64,000 nucleotides of DNA from Azolla caroliniana (lineage: Eukaryota; Plantae; Polypodiophyta). Location of the stretch: positions 19,344,001 to 19,408,000 of the forward strand of contig JBHGNT010000003.1 in assembly GCA_043228905.1 (NCBI GenBank). The letters are read 5' to 3'. Positions within the stretch are counted from its first letter, which is position 1; the number at the start of each line of letters is the position of its first letter. Positions 40,101 to 52,200 of the stretch are shown here, one piece after another. The position numbers were made by a program, and so were the translations under genes. Under the pieces are notes generated by a model. The model was not told the DNA's origin. It made no database searches and saw only the letters and a list, made by a program, of their open reading frames with translations.

Positions 40101-40619
40101 ACAAGAGTGATTCTTGAAATACTAGGTAGTGTTTGATGGCGGTGCATGATGTTGCCACTCAACCATAAAGTGTACCCATTGACCACATTGAAAACGATGA
40201 TATGTCTTCTATGTCAATTTAAAACAAGGCCGCCTTCATTCCAAACATATTGTTCATTCATCTTGATTGTGTGTGACTTGTATCCTATAACTTGAAAAAT
40301 CTACATTTATTTGAGGTATTTGCATATGGGTACATCCACATTTTTCTTTGATGGAAAGGGCCACAAAATTGTGTGTATCTACTATCACCCAATTTGGTCA
40401 TTCTTGTTCTCAATAATCTATGAAGAGTAACCTTTGCATCACGTGCATTAACCCTCTATCAAAGAACACGAGGACCATGGACAACGAGCACACAATGAAA
40501 TATTAAGATCATTCATTAGATGTATGGGCTTAATAATGTCCAATGACAACAACATTTGATTTATTAATTTGTATACATCCTTTTTGGGTATAATATATTC
40601 CTAGTTCAAACATATCTAT

Positions 40620-42860
40620 TTCTGTTTTTTGCTAAAACTATGAGTTTGTTTTTGAATGCTGAAGATGTTAGATTGAAAGGAATAGCAATGCCCCTTGATG
40701 GGACAAATGTTGATGTAGAATTTGCTGATGATACAAGTTTGTATCTATATTGTCAGATTACTAATTTGCAGAAAATGTACACAACAATACAAACTTTTTG
40801 TATGGCTTCAGGTGCATCAATCAATTGGAATAAATCAATGGGTTTTTGGGTGGCGTTGAATTCCATTGCACAATGGTGTCCTCATCCCAATTTCTGATGA
40901 ATTCCTGAGGGCACCTTAGTTTGATATTTGGGATGTCAAGTAGGTTTGAAAATTTCTATCGAAATTCAGGTTGCTCCTTTGCTATTGAAAATTAGGGAAA
41001 AACTGCTATTTGGAGTAAAGCTAAGGTATCATTTGTGGTAGGGTGATAGTAGTTAATCAAGTTCTTTTATCTAGTCTTTGGTATATTATGTCATGTTGGA
41101 GTTTTTCCAGATACAGTATGGGACAATTACAAAGATTGATCGGGAATTATTTGTGGTCTGGTATTGACGGAAGTCATGCCAGGGCAAAGGTCTCTTGGTT
41201 CCACGATTGTTAAACCATTGGATTGGGGACGATTAGGGATTCTAGATCCATTACAACAACCCAAAGCTTTGCTTGTGAAATTGGTGATTTGGGGATTGTT
41301 ACTAGGATAAGAACCTTGGAAACACAGTTTGTTATACGAATTGCAAAAGTTTTGTCCCAAAACTAGGGGAGATTGGAGGCCTAGTTTTCGATGGAGTTTT
41401 ATGGAACCTAACAAGTTGGCCATTTCCACAAAATGGGAAGATAGATTTGCTAGATATGTTCTTAATTCATGGAAAGATGTTTCTCTTGATTTAGTTAAGA
41501 GATTGCCAAAAACAAAGGCCAAATTCGGTAGACAACCGCTAATTTGGAATTCGTATTTTATTGATCATAGGGGACATATGTTGGGAAGGTGTACTAGATG
41601 TACATGGGTAGAATTAGATCGCGGACTAGCACAGTCTATAGATGTGTGGACATCATTCTTGTCTACACATATAGACCAACGAACAACAATGCTTAATAAT
41701 ATAAGGGGCAGAAAGATAATGTATTCTGCGATACAAACCACCCTTTCTAATATTCAAATGCAAATAGGATCTTCTACACATAAATGGATGGGTTTATTTA
41801 CCCCATTGGAGGTTTTGATTGGAGTAAAAGCCTATATAGGGGAAGAAGTTTGTATGACCTTTGATGTACAAGATGATGGTAGGTTAACCTTCACACTAAT
41901 TTGTTTAGTTTTTGTTTGGATAAAGAAGTGAGGGTGATCACAAATGATGGAACAAATTGGGTCTTAGATCCGGATCCACAAAACGTGAATTCTTTTTGGA
42001 GGATTTGGATTATGGAATGGATACCAATATCTAGATTAACTTGGGATCCTGGAGAATTGTATTGGAAAGTGTGGTTCAAGATAAGATAAAACATGTGCCT
42101 TTTTTCAATATTCTGTGAAGATTGGTAGAAAAATATTAGGTGCTAGGTCATGGAAAGAACCAATTGCAAATGTCTTTAGGAGACAAAATGGACTTTCTCC
42201 ACAACATCTCAAACCATTTTGGAAATGGTTGTGGGGCATAAAAATAAGTAGGAAAATTGTTTGTTTTCATTAGTTGTTGGTTCATAGAGCTATACTAGTT
42301 AATGGGTGGCAAAAAGGGAATGTTGACAAGATGTGCCATTTCTATACGGATCTACTAGAGATTGGCAAGCATTGTTTGTGGAATTGTGGTTTTGCGATGG
42401 AAATATGGAAAGGAATCGTAACATTAATAATACTAGTATATCCTCGAGTAGTGTATACATGGGGAGTGGTATTATGGGTGGTGGTACAAGATAAATCAAT
42501 GGTATATGAACAAGAGGACTTTGTAGATACTATGCTATGAGACATTGTTTGATGCAAACAACATTGATACCTTTGAATCCACAAATAGAGACTGATAAAC
42601 CTCAAATATGACAATTGCTTAGTATTGCAATTTGGTATATTTGGAAGGCTCGATGTTTGAAGTTATTTCAAAATGTGACAGAAAGACCTACCTAAATAAT
42701 TTCTGGGATTTTGGACAGAGATTATTGTGCATAATCTCAGAGGTTCTTTGGATAATATAAAAGGTAATAGGAAATAGCTAGAACTCAAGTGATTGGAGTT
42801 TCATGGCATCTGGGATAGAGACATATTTAATAGACGGAATTCTGATAAGGTGGAGTGATT
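40620..42860 (+). mobile_element. 5'-truncated degenerate LINE ORF2 fragment (RT C-terminus to zf-RVT)
   Basis: EFADDTSLYL...FCMASGASINWNKS, QPLIWN, LVHRAILVN...KHCLWNC; parallels the LINE at 17590-21870. Many stops; no TSD identified. Confidence 0.82.
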
Positions 42861-43049
42861 CTACTCTACACCAAAGTATTTCAAGATATTACACCTTATG
42901 TTAGTGTGCAAAAGAAGATGCATAAGTAGCCTATAAAGGGAGTGGATGTGAGAAAAGTGGTGTTTCAAGATACTACACCTTATGTTAGTGTGCAAAAGAG
43001 TATTTCCACGGATGTAAATGTTCATAGATGTGCTCACACTTATCAAACT

Positions 43050-43300
43050 TTGGTAAGAAACATTGGGAAGTGGTGAAGATGATATTAAGATTTCCAAATA
43101 ACGCCACGGATAAGTGTCTATGTTTGGGTGTGATGTATCTATTTCTGGACACATGAACTTTGACTATGTTGGTTGTTTTGATAGTCAGAAGTTTACTTCA
43201 AGGTATAGTTTTCCGTTTATGGGAGGTATGATCTCTTGGAGATCTTCTCTTCAAGAATGTATGACTTTGTCTACTTCAAAATCAAAGTATGATGCAACCA
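43050..43300 (+). mobile_element. Copia RNase H fragment
   Basis: DYVGCFDSQKFTSRYSF..GGMISWRSSLQECMTLSTSKSKY resembles DFAG..DSRKSTSGY.F..GAISW.SKLQEC.ALSTTEAEY. Confidence 0.65.
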
Positions 43301-43504
43301 AGGTTGTAAGGTACGTTAGGTACGGTACGGATACCATACGTATTTAACGTATTAATACCCGTATAGTACCTCCCAATTTAAAAATATGTTAAATACGTTT
43401 TCTTAATATGTTAAATACTTATAAAATACGTATTTTACGTATAGTACGTTAAATACTTCTAGAATTTGAAAATTATTTACCTTTTTAAAAAATATCTATA
43501 ATAT

Positions 43505-44520
43505 TGTGGTGTCCCTTGGATGCAAGTGCATGCCTTCATGTTGGGTCTGCATGTGTTCCTTTGTGCCCCTTTTAGCATACCCTTGTTAGGATGCATGTAG
43601 CTAAGTAGAGCCAACCCAAATGGGTACCTTTGTACGACTATAAATTGAATAGGAAGTAAGAAGCTAAGCAAGCTGGTTTTGGATTCCATTTATGTGCATT
43701 TCACATAATTGGTGGAGAAGCGGGGTAAAATTTTAGCCACTATCACCTCGTTCATGGCGTACCAATTCCCTCTCGTCGCCGTCGAAGTCGATACCCCTAT
43801 GCAAGCTGAGTTCCCGCAACCTCCTGAGCGGCCACCCCCCTTCCAAATGGAGCAACTCTTGTAAGTCCTCTCCAACGCCATGCTTCAAATAAGCCACACG
43901 AACCAAGCTATGCTCTCCTTCCTCTCTGCTACCAACGATCGGTCTCCAGATCGGCCCGATTCCAAGGTTCGCCCAAAGTCCTTCTCCAGCTTGCCCTCTG
44001 AGGATGTCTTAGCATGGTTGTATCACTTTGAGATGATCTCAAGTTACCACAAATGGTCTGATGAGCGCAAGTCTTTGGAAGTTCACACCTTGCTCGAAAA
44101 TGTCGCCGCCACTTGGTACGTACAACAAGCCAACGAAGTGACGGAGAACTGGCTGATCCTCCAGGATCTCCTCGTGCAAAACTTCGCCCATCAAAATTCG
44201 GCCCAAACGGCATTGCAACAACTCGAGACGTTGCAACAACAAGTGCACGAACCAATAGGCCAATTTGGTGTTCGCCTAAATCAACTCCTCGTCCGGGCTG
44301 ATCCAACCATGCCCGAGCATGTCAAGCTTTTCTTCTTATGGCCCCATCTGCGCCCTGACATCACTCGCCGTGCCCGGGACCAAGGTCCCAAGACCTTCAA
44401 CGATGCAATCCTCATTGCCCAACGCATCGAAGCTTGTACGCTATCTGACTCCCCACCAAGATGGCCCCCTCCACCATCGACCGACTTGCGTGCGCAGTAC
44501 CAAGGTGCGACCCCCATGGA
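43505..44520 (+). mobile_element. Gypsy element A: 5' LTR, PBS and truncated gag (same lineage as element F)
   Basis: LTR 43505-43705 (TGTGGT...GCATTTCACA, same termini as F); PBS TGGTGGAGAAGCGGGG at 43710-43725; gag HTNQAMLSFLS...RPKSFS...EDVLAWL..FEM homologous to gag at 62643-63593; broken at ATPMD by the next insertion; preceded by ATAT. Confidence 0.85.
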
Positions 44521-45029
44521 TGTTATCGGCTGGCAAGAAGGCTTAAGGAGGTCCAAACCAGAGTGTGAAAAGGAATAGTTTATTCGGGAATTGTTGTAAT
44601 TAGTAGTCTGTGGACGGATGGACCAGAATCAGTATGCCGATCCGGATCCGGACCGATCCCGAAAAGGTGTCGGTTGGCACCGTTTTGTATTTCGCACCGG
44701 AGACCTATATAAAGGCCTGGTTACAATGTAATCGGGAGTGGATAATTAATAGAACTTATTGCCTTAATCTTTTAGTGTTGATTACTGTTCTGTGCTTATT
44801 GTATATCTTACGCGTGTTAATGATGTATTGTTAAGTAATCGATTAAGGTCTAATTAAGCGTCGTGCCATAAGTCATTCTGCCGTACCACCCTTTGGTGAA
44901 GTGTATTAAGTGGACACCCTGTGTTAGGCTGTTGTCCGGCCCTAGGAGTAACAGAGTTTTCGGCGACCACGATTCCTGCACAATCGCAGTGAACAACAAC
45001 GGGAATGGATGACTAGGCCAACAGATGAC
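44521..45029 (+). mobile_element. Element C: putative LTR (44521-44953) with a short PBS-like leader, inserted in the gag of A
   Basis: TGTTA...TAACA termini, CTATATAAA near 44706, followed by TCGGCGACCAC, which resembles a tRNA-Arg PBS (TGGCGACCAC). No partner LTR in the window. Confidence 0.5.
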
Positions 45030-45484
45030 TGTTACCCGTTCCTTTGGGTGAACACCTTCGATAGATTTGCGTCTATCGGTCTTCAAGGGCGTGGTACGTG
45101 AAGGCTCGTAACAGAGGCGTCGAGAGAGATACAGGGCTCAAAGAGAAAACACTAGCGAGGTTTTGATAGACGTGGCGGCGTGAAACTCATAGGTATGGAT
45201 CAAAGCACAGACTCATGCAACAAAATAGGCACAATTAAGATATATTACTATGGCAGAAAAGGATTACAGAACACGGCCTATGGCCGGTGACCTTACGAGT
45301 TTATCTAATTACGAATGACTAAGCTAATGCTTCCGCCTATAGTTTTCTTCCCTCTCTTTCTGAGGTACTGCTCCTCGTTTAAATAACTTTTCCCTTATAC
45401 ACAGCCGAGCCGTCGGTGGCCCGTGATACTCGGACTCGGCGTTTGCTAATTTCCTAATTTTACATTTTTGTCCTCTGGACAACA

Positions 45485-45531
45485 CCTGGCACGCCCGTGG
45501 GACAGGACCTTGTCCGTCGGACCCACGACTT
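45485..45531 (-). other. tRNA-Arg 3'-half-like element at the PPT position of element D (an inverted second PBS)
   Basis: Sense strand AAGTC-GTGGG-TCCGA-CGGACAAGGTCCT-GT-CCCAC-GGGCGTG-CCA-GG directly before the 3' LTR TGTTG. Confidence 0.75.
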
Positions 45532-45582
45532 ACAAAATACTAACAATATTACAAAAATTGCCTTTTAGGCGTGATCCTCGTT

Positions 45583-48500
45583 TCATTCCTCCTTTAAGAT
45601 GTCGAGGATGCTTTCGGGGTCCGGGGTGGTGGCAGGGTGGTCTGGTTGGACTGTCAGTGCGGGGGGTTGAGTTTGGTCCGGGGGTGGCATATCTTCTCGG
45701 ACGTCTGCCTCAGGTGCGGCCGATTCTTCTGGTGGGGGTGGGGGTTCGTGGGCACTGACCTCTACTTCAACAGGCTCTGGTACCGTGTGGGCGTCCATGG
45801 GATGTCTGTTGGCCGGGGCAAGTTCCTCCTGTGCCGTGTCCGTGATCTCCTTGCTAGGAGGTTCTTCTTTATGCTCTGTGGCCGTTGGAGGGCTGGTGGG
45901 GATGGTTGTGAGTCGTTCTCGTTCGAAGGCTTCTGCTTCCAGGCGAAACAACATCTGACCGTCATTGAAGTCCTCCATTATTTGCTCGATTGCCGCGGTG
46001 TGAGATTTTCCCAAGGACTGGTAATCCTCGGTTAAATCTGCACGCAGGTTTTGAATGCTGGCTTCGTCCATTTTGTAGAAGCCACGACCCTCCTTCCGTC
46101 GGTTCTCGGCGTCGGCGCGTAAAATGTGCAATTCGGTAGCTTGGGCTGCCCATTTGTCTCCTGCACGACTTAATGTTTCCTCGACCTTTTTGGTAAGGTG
46201 CTGGCGCTGTTTCTCGATCAATATTCGGATGCGTGTCTCATCCATGCCGGGCTGTGCTCGGATGGCTGCTAATTCCTGTTTTAAGCCGTCGACCTCGGCT
46301 TGAATCTTCTGTGTCCTTAGCTCATAGATGGCCTGACTGTTCTTTGCATCCGCGGTTACGAGCTGGAGAGCCTACTCATAACGCTTGGTGAGTTCTTTGG
46401 TGGCCTGCTCGAGTTCTTTCTGACACGTGGCCCAGATTTGTTCCCGTTCGACGATTCTCTCTTCTTGTAGGGTGAAGTAGGAATCCGATAAGGCGTCTTT
46501 TTGCTCCGAAAGTAGCTTGCATTTGATGAAAAACTCGTCAGCCATCTCTTTAAGGGTCGTACGCTGACTCTACAGCTCGGCATTCTCCGCGTTCATCCTC
46601 TCCTCCCGTTGGCGATTTCTTTCCTCCTACCGCTGGTTCCAGTCTTTTGCATTGTCGAGCGCGGCTTGTAGGTCTAGAACCTCCTTCTCTTTCTTCACCA
46701 CTGTGGCTGCGTATTCCTCCAGCTTGCTTTTGAGTTCGGCTTCCTTGGCTGCGGCTTGCACTTGTACCCGGCCCAGTGCTTCGTTCTGCTCATGTATCCT
46801 TTGGTCGGCCTGGGCTCTTATCTCGGCCATCTGCTTGGAAGCTTCTTCTTTTAGGTGAGCCATCGCCTCTTGATGCCGTTGTTCGTGTCTCTCGGTTCGC
46901 CGTTGTTCTTCTTTAAGCTCTGCACGGTAATCCCGGAGCGGGGGTTCTGTTTGGGTTGCCACCTCCTTGGGTGCACAAGGTGGGGGTAGTTCGGTCAGCT
47001 CCATGGGCGTGGCCGCCTCGGTTGTTGTGCAGGCATCGACCATTTGTAACGAGTCCGTTTGTGTACTGGCCTGCACCTTCAGGATTGAGTCGGTGATGGT
47101 GCTTTCATCCATCATTGTTATGCGTGGAGGCGCTGGGAGGGCCTCGGTGGTCGTTACTGGAAGGCTTGGGAGTTGTTGTTCCGGCCGGTTTTGCTCCCAG
47201 GCTGCCAGCTTCTGGTTCGCAGCATGCCATAGTTCTGTAGCCATCTTCGCCTGTTTTTGGGCTATTTTTATCTTTCGGGCCATGTCTTTGGCTGCCCGCG
47301 TAGTGCGATCCAGGTCCCGATGTGCCTCGATAAGGGCCGTGTTCAACTCGGGGACCTCCATGAGGAGAGCGGCCTGTTTTGCCTGCTTCTTCCTCCCGAT
47401 TTTTTATAAAGCCTTGTCCTCCTGGGGCTCAATTTCACCTATTAGCGCGCGTTGAATCATTTTTGTTTCGGCATGCTCTTCCGCCATTCAAGCGGCTGCC
47501 GCGACTTGGGCTTTGGCGAGGAAGTCGACCAGCTCGAATGCCGTACCGAGGCGTAGGAGCGCACTAAATTCGTAAGCCTCTGCGGGGAGGTCCTTATACC
47601 CGAGGACTTCATCCTTTGAGATCCGTGTTGTCTGCCCATGCTCGATCGTTCCCTGGTTCAGCGATGCCTCTGCAGGGGTGATGGCCAGGTTGCTCTGTCT
47701 GACCACTAAGGCTTGCTCCTGATGTGGCTCCTTCTGTTTTTCCGAGGACTTGCGGTTGAGTCGTCTTCTTTTGCTTGGCTGTGTTTGGGGTTCCGGGGCC
47801 GGTAGTGTCGTTTCCTCCGCCTACTTCCTTTTCTGGGGTCGTGGTGGTGCAGCTTGTTGTGTGTTGGAGCGTGGGCTAGGTCCTGGGGACGTTACCGAGG
47901 GGCGCGACGTTGGCTGTCGAATGGTGACGTCATCGGCCGTGTTGTCTTCCGCGGCTACCTCCTCCTCCCATTCTTGGCAGGTCTCGGAAACTACCCTTTT
48001 TCGTTGGGGTTGGGCGGGTGGTGGTGCAGATGCGGTTTTTTGGTCGGCGGCAAGGGGTGAAGGCGATGTGGGCTCCTCCCATGCTTCGTGGCTGATGGCC
48101 ACGAATTTCTCTCTCTGCCTTCGTGGTGGTGGTGGGGACGTGAGTATGCGAGGGGAAGGAAGCGAAGAGGGTGGGTATAGAACCATCAAAAAGTGGGTAA
48201 GAACAGACAACATCTTCTTACCGGACTGAAATGAAGCTAAGGCGGCGCGGAGTCCCTCGCCTGTGATGATTCCCCAATCGATTCTGTTTCCTTCATAAGC
48301 GCTGATGATGATGGCTGCCTTGTTCTGCGGCATGCTCGTTGGGTTCGTATGCACGAATGCATACTCCATCAATATACGAGCAATCTCCCCGAAAGCTTTG
48401 TTGGGCCCGCCATACGTGCGATATGCCTTCCCTGTGGCTGAGTACTCACCGAAGTACGCCTTCATCTTTGATGCCGGGGGTATGTCGACCTCATGGTCCC

Positions 48501-48678
48501 CTCCCCGTTGCAGGTCCAAAACAACCCGAAGCACGTTGTTGGTGATGGCTTCGGGACTTATACGTTTAGCCACAGTTTGGGCATCTGGAAGCGCGGGGGC
48601 ATCGATGATCTTCAGGTAACCGCCCATTCCTCGTTCCTGGAGCCAGGCGCGGGTTTCTGTTGAGGCGGTAAGAGGCAT
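45583..48678 (-). pseudogene. Element D extra ORF downstream of integrase (about 1030 codons: N-terminal domain, Pro/Ser-rich linker, long coiled coil)
   Basis: ORFs 47821-48810, 47488-47706, 46627-47361 and 45583-46245 are all in one frame, separated only by in-frame stops at 47821, 47488, 47404, 46627, 46570 and 46372. Likely start ATG at 48678 (MPLTAST). Confidence 0.8.
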
Positions 48679-49205
48679 GGTGGAGATGGAGGCTGGGTTC
48701 GACTGTGTGGAAGCGTGAAGCAAAGTGATGAGGCGAGGGCGAGCCACAGGAGGAACAGCAGGAAGGGGAAGTCCAGCAGAGAGGTTATGAGAGCGAAAGA
48801 TTGAGAGCAAGAGCGCTTAGCGTGATGAGGGTGAGATGGGGTTTCTGATCTTGAGAGCAATGGAGATGGGGAGCGATAATGGTCTGTGCTGCGTTTTGGA
48901 AACGGTTTTAGTAACTTATTCCTAGGGTTTTGTGCCTGCAACGAATCCTAAAGATTCTGAGTCGTGGGTGCCATAATAAGTGACTAGCACCACGTGTCTT
49001 GAAGGTGAGTGGGGTGCTTCTAGTGCTTTGCATGTGGTTTGCATGTGTGAACAACTTAAATAGGTACTAACTGAGTGGTGGCGAGGGGTGCTCCTAAAAT
49101 TGTGGGTGCCTAGGTGGGTGGTGTAGGTGTAGCTAATCAGTGGCTAAACTATGGTTAATCCTACCTACTACTACTTTTATTAATTTCAAGAAGGTGGGTG
49201 AGTCC

Positions 49206-52200
49206 TTATTCAGGGGGACACGTGGCGTCCTTCGTGGTGATCTCCCGAGTCTCGTTGGTGCCGTGTGGCTCGGTAAACGGGTTGGGTGGTGTAGTCCCTC
49301 GATATGGTCTAAGCCGAAAACCATTGGCCCAGCTTTTGACCGTGTCGCCGGCGAGTGTGCCGAGCTGGAACGTCCCGTTGAACTCGTCGATAATCCAGAA
49401 TGGACCGGTCCACCAAAATCTTAATTTTCCCGGCATTGACCCGAGTTGTGTTTGGAAAAGAAGAACTGGTTTGCCAATGGTGAGCTCCTTCTCCAGCCCA
49501 TGTCGATGTCGATCCACGAAAGCCTTGCGTTGCCGTTGGCATTGTTCGAGCTGGGCCATACTCTCTATCCTATCTTCCCCGAGTTCGAGGAGTTGTTCAA
49601 GCCAGTATTGCTCGGATTCGGGCTCGGGGAGCTGTGCTTTGACTTGAACTCGGAGGCTCGGGACTTGGAACTCGACGGGCATTACGGCTTCTAACCCGAA
49701 CGTCATTCTAAAGGGGGTCGATTGGATGCTTGTTTTGAAAGTCGTACGATACGCCCACAACGTGCTCTGGAGTTTGTCATCCCAATCGGTCTTGTTTTCA
49801 TTGACGATCTTCTTCAGTATGGTTTGGAGGATTTTATTGGTCGATTCTGCCAAGCCGTTCGCCTGCGGGTAGTATGGTGTGCTTTTCTTGTGCACCACCG
49901 CGTAGTGGTGTGTAAGCTAACGTATTATATGATTGATGAAGTGCCCACCTTGGTCACTAACGAGATCGATTGGACATCCGTAACGGCACCAGAGGTGCTC
50001 GTACACAAATTTAGCCATGGATGCCGCCGTGTTATCTCGGAGTGCCTTAGCCTCGACCCATTTGGTGCAGTAATCCGTGGCCACGATAATATATCTATTC
50101 CCTGTTCGGGCCGCGGGTGGTTTGAAAGGACCTACAAAATCCAAACCCCATTTTTGAAATGGGTCCAACGGAAGAATCGGCTGGTGTGGCATCCGTGACT
50201 GTTCCATTGGTTGCCCCAGACGTTGGCACAAATCACACTGCCGGCAAAACTCGTGAGCGTCTTTCTTCGTTGTCGGCCACCATAATCCACTTTGCCAAAC
50301 TTTCCTTGTCGTGGAATCCCTGGCATAGTGTCCCCCAGCTGCTCCCTGGTGGGCTTCTTGAAGAACGGAGTTCTTCTTGAATTGCCGAATCGCTCGGCGC
50401 CATATGCCGTCCGAGCCTTTGTGGTAGAGAATGTCCGAGATGAGGCAAAAATTCCGGCTACGCACTGCTAGGCGTTTTCTCGTGTCAAGGGTCATGTGCT
50501 CGGGAGGTACACCGGTAGTGAGAAAATGGGTCATCTCCGTGATCCATTCATCTCCGTTATCGTCTGGTACCGTGGTCAGGTTAAATAGGCTGGCGTCCGG
50601 TAGCTTGTCGTACGTTGTTTTCGCCGGTTCTCCTGACTCAAGACGGCTCAAGTAGTCGGTGACGGCATGTTGTACCCCGGGTCGATGCTGAATCTGAAAA
50701 TCAAACTCTTGTAGTAGGAGCATCCACCGAGCCAACCGTCCGGTGAGGGCTTGTTTATTGACCAAATAAAGAAGGGCCGAGTGATCCACGTGAAAGGTAA
50801 ATTTTCGGCCCAAGAGGTAATGCCGAAATTTATTGATGCTATAAATCATACCGAGAGCCTCTCGCTCGGTGGTGGAGTAATTCTTTTCCGCGGTCGAGAG
50901 CCAGCGGCTGGTGTAGTACACGGGCCTATACCAATTCGGGGGTGTGCATTGCATCAGAGCACTTCCGATGGCTATGTCCGAAGCATCTACGAAGACATGA
51001 AACGGTTCGGACCAAACCGGAGACTGGACCACCGGGGCATGTGACAACATTCGTTTCAGGGTCTGATAGGCCGTGTCCTCAACTGACGTCCATTGGAAAG
51101 GAAGGCGATGGACTGCCGCGTGAAAGGGTGTCGCGAAATCGGCCAAGTGTCGTATCATTCGGCTGTGCCGCCGGATCTGTCCCAAAAAAACTGCTTAGTG
51201 CCTTAGCATTCGAGGGTGCGGTGGCATCCAGGATTGCCTTTACTTTATCCGGGTCCATAGCGATGCCTTCTTGACTGACAATGTGGCCGAGAAGGTTGCC
51301 GCTGGTGACTAAGAACGCGCATTTCGCGGGGTTTAAACTCAATCGAGCTTGGCGACATCGGTCCAGGCAGAGTCGTAACTGGGTCATGTGTTCCCATCGA
51401 TGGCCATACACGGCGAAATCGTCGAGAAGAACTTGCATGAACGCCGGGATGTAGTCATGAAAGATTTCGGTGATGATGCGCTGGAACGTAGCCGGCGCCG
51501 TTTTTAGACCGAACATCATAACTTCTGCTACAAAAACACCCCATTCCATGACGAAAGCAGTTTTCTCCTGATCCTCCAGGTGCATTCTTATCTGGTTATA
51601 GCCGCTGAACCCGTCGAGGAAACTGTAGCATTCGTGGCCGGCTACCGTGTCGAGGACGCTATCCGTGAATGGGAGAGGGAAACCGTTGGTGACTATTGCC
51701 GCGTTAAGCTTCCGATAGTCGACGCAGACGCGGATTTTTCCGTTCTTCTTTGGGACCACTACGATCGGGCTTAACCATGTAGCCCGTTTAATAGGGTGAA
51801 TGAAGCCCACTCGGAGTAACTTGTCAATTTCCTCTTTGACTTTAGCGGCGTAGTTGGGGTTCATCCTGTAGCGCCTCTGCTGAACCGGCCGAGTGTCGGG
51901 TAAGATGTGAATTTGATGTTGGTAGTATTGAGGATCCAGCCCCTTCATATCGGTGTAAGAACAAGCGAAAACATCCTGGTAGTCGGTGAGTAATTTTATG
52001 AGGCATGCCCGTTCGCCGGTTGGTAGATTATTGGCAATTTGTACCGTACGGGGATTCTTGTCCGAACCGAGGTTTATTGTTTCCAGGGTTGATGCTTTCA
52101 CTCTTTGTGAAATGGCGAGTTCACGTTCGAAAGCCTCCCGAGCATGACGTAGCTCGGCAACTATGGTTGCATCGGGTTCATCCTGGGGTGGTGACTCCTC

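Noticed and set aside
37400-40600. Short ORFs in the AT-rich region upstream of the carboxypeptidase gene
   Set aside because: No recognisable motifs or consistent exon structure; treated as intergenic or very old transposon debris.
43300-43500. TACGTA-rich stretch resembling a DNA transposon end
   Set aside because: No matching terminal inverted repeat or TSD found in the window.
45487-45531. A true tRNA gene or SINE
   Set aside because: Only a 3'-half-like segment is present, with no D-arm or anticodon arm and an insertion in the T-loop; reported as a cis element instead.
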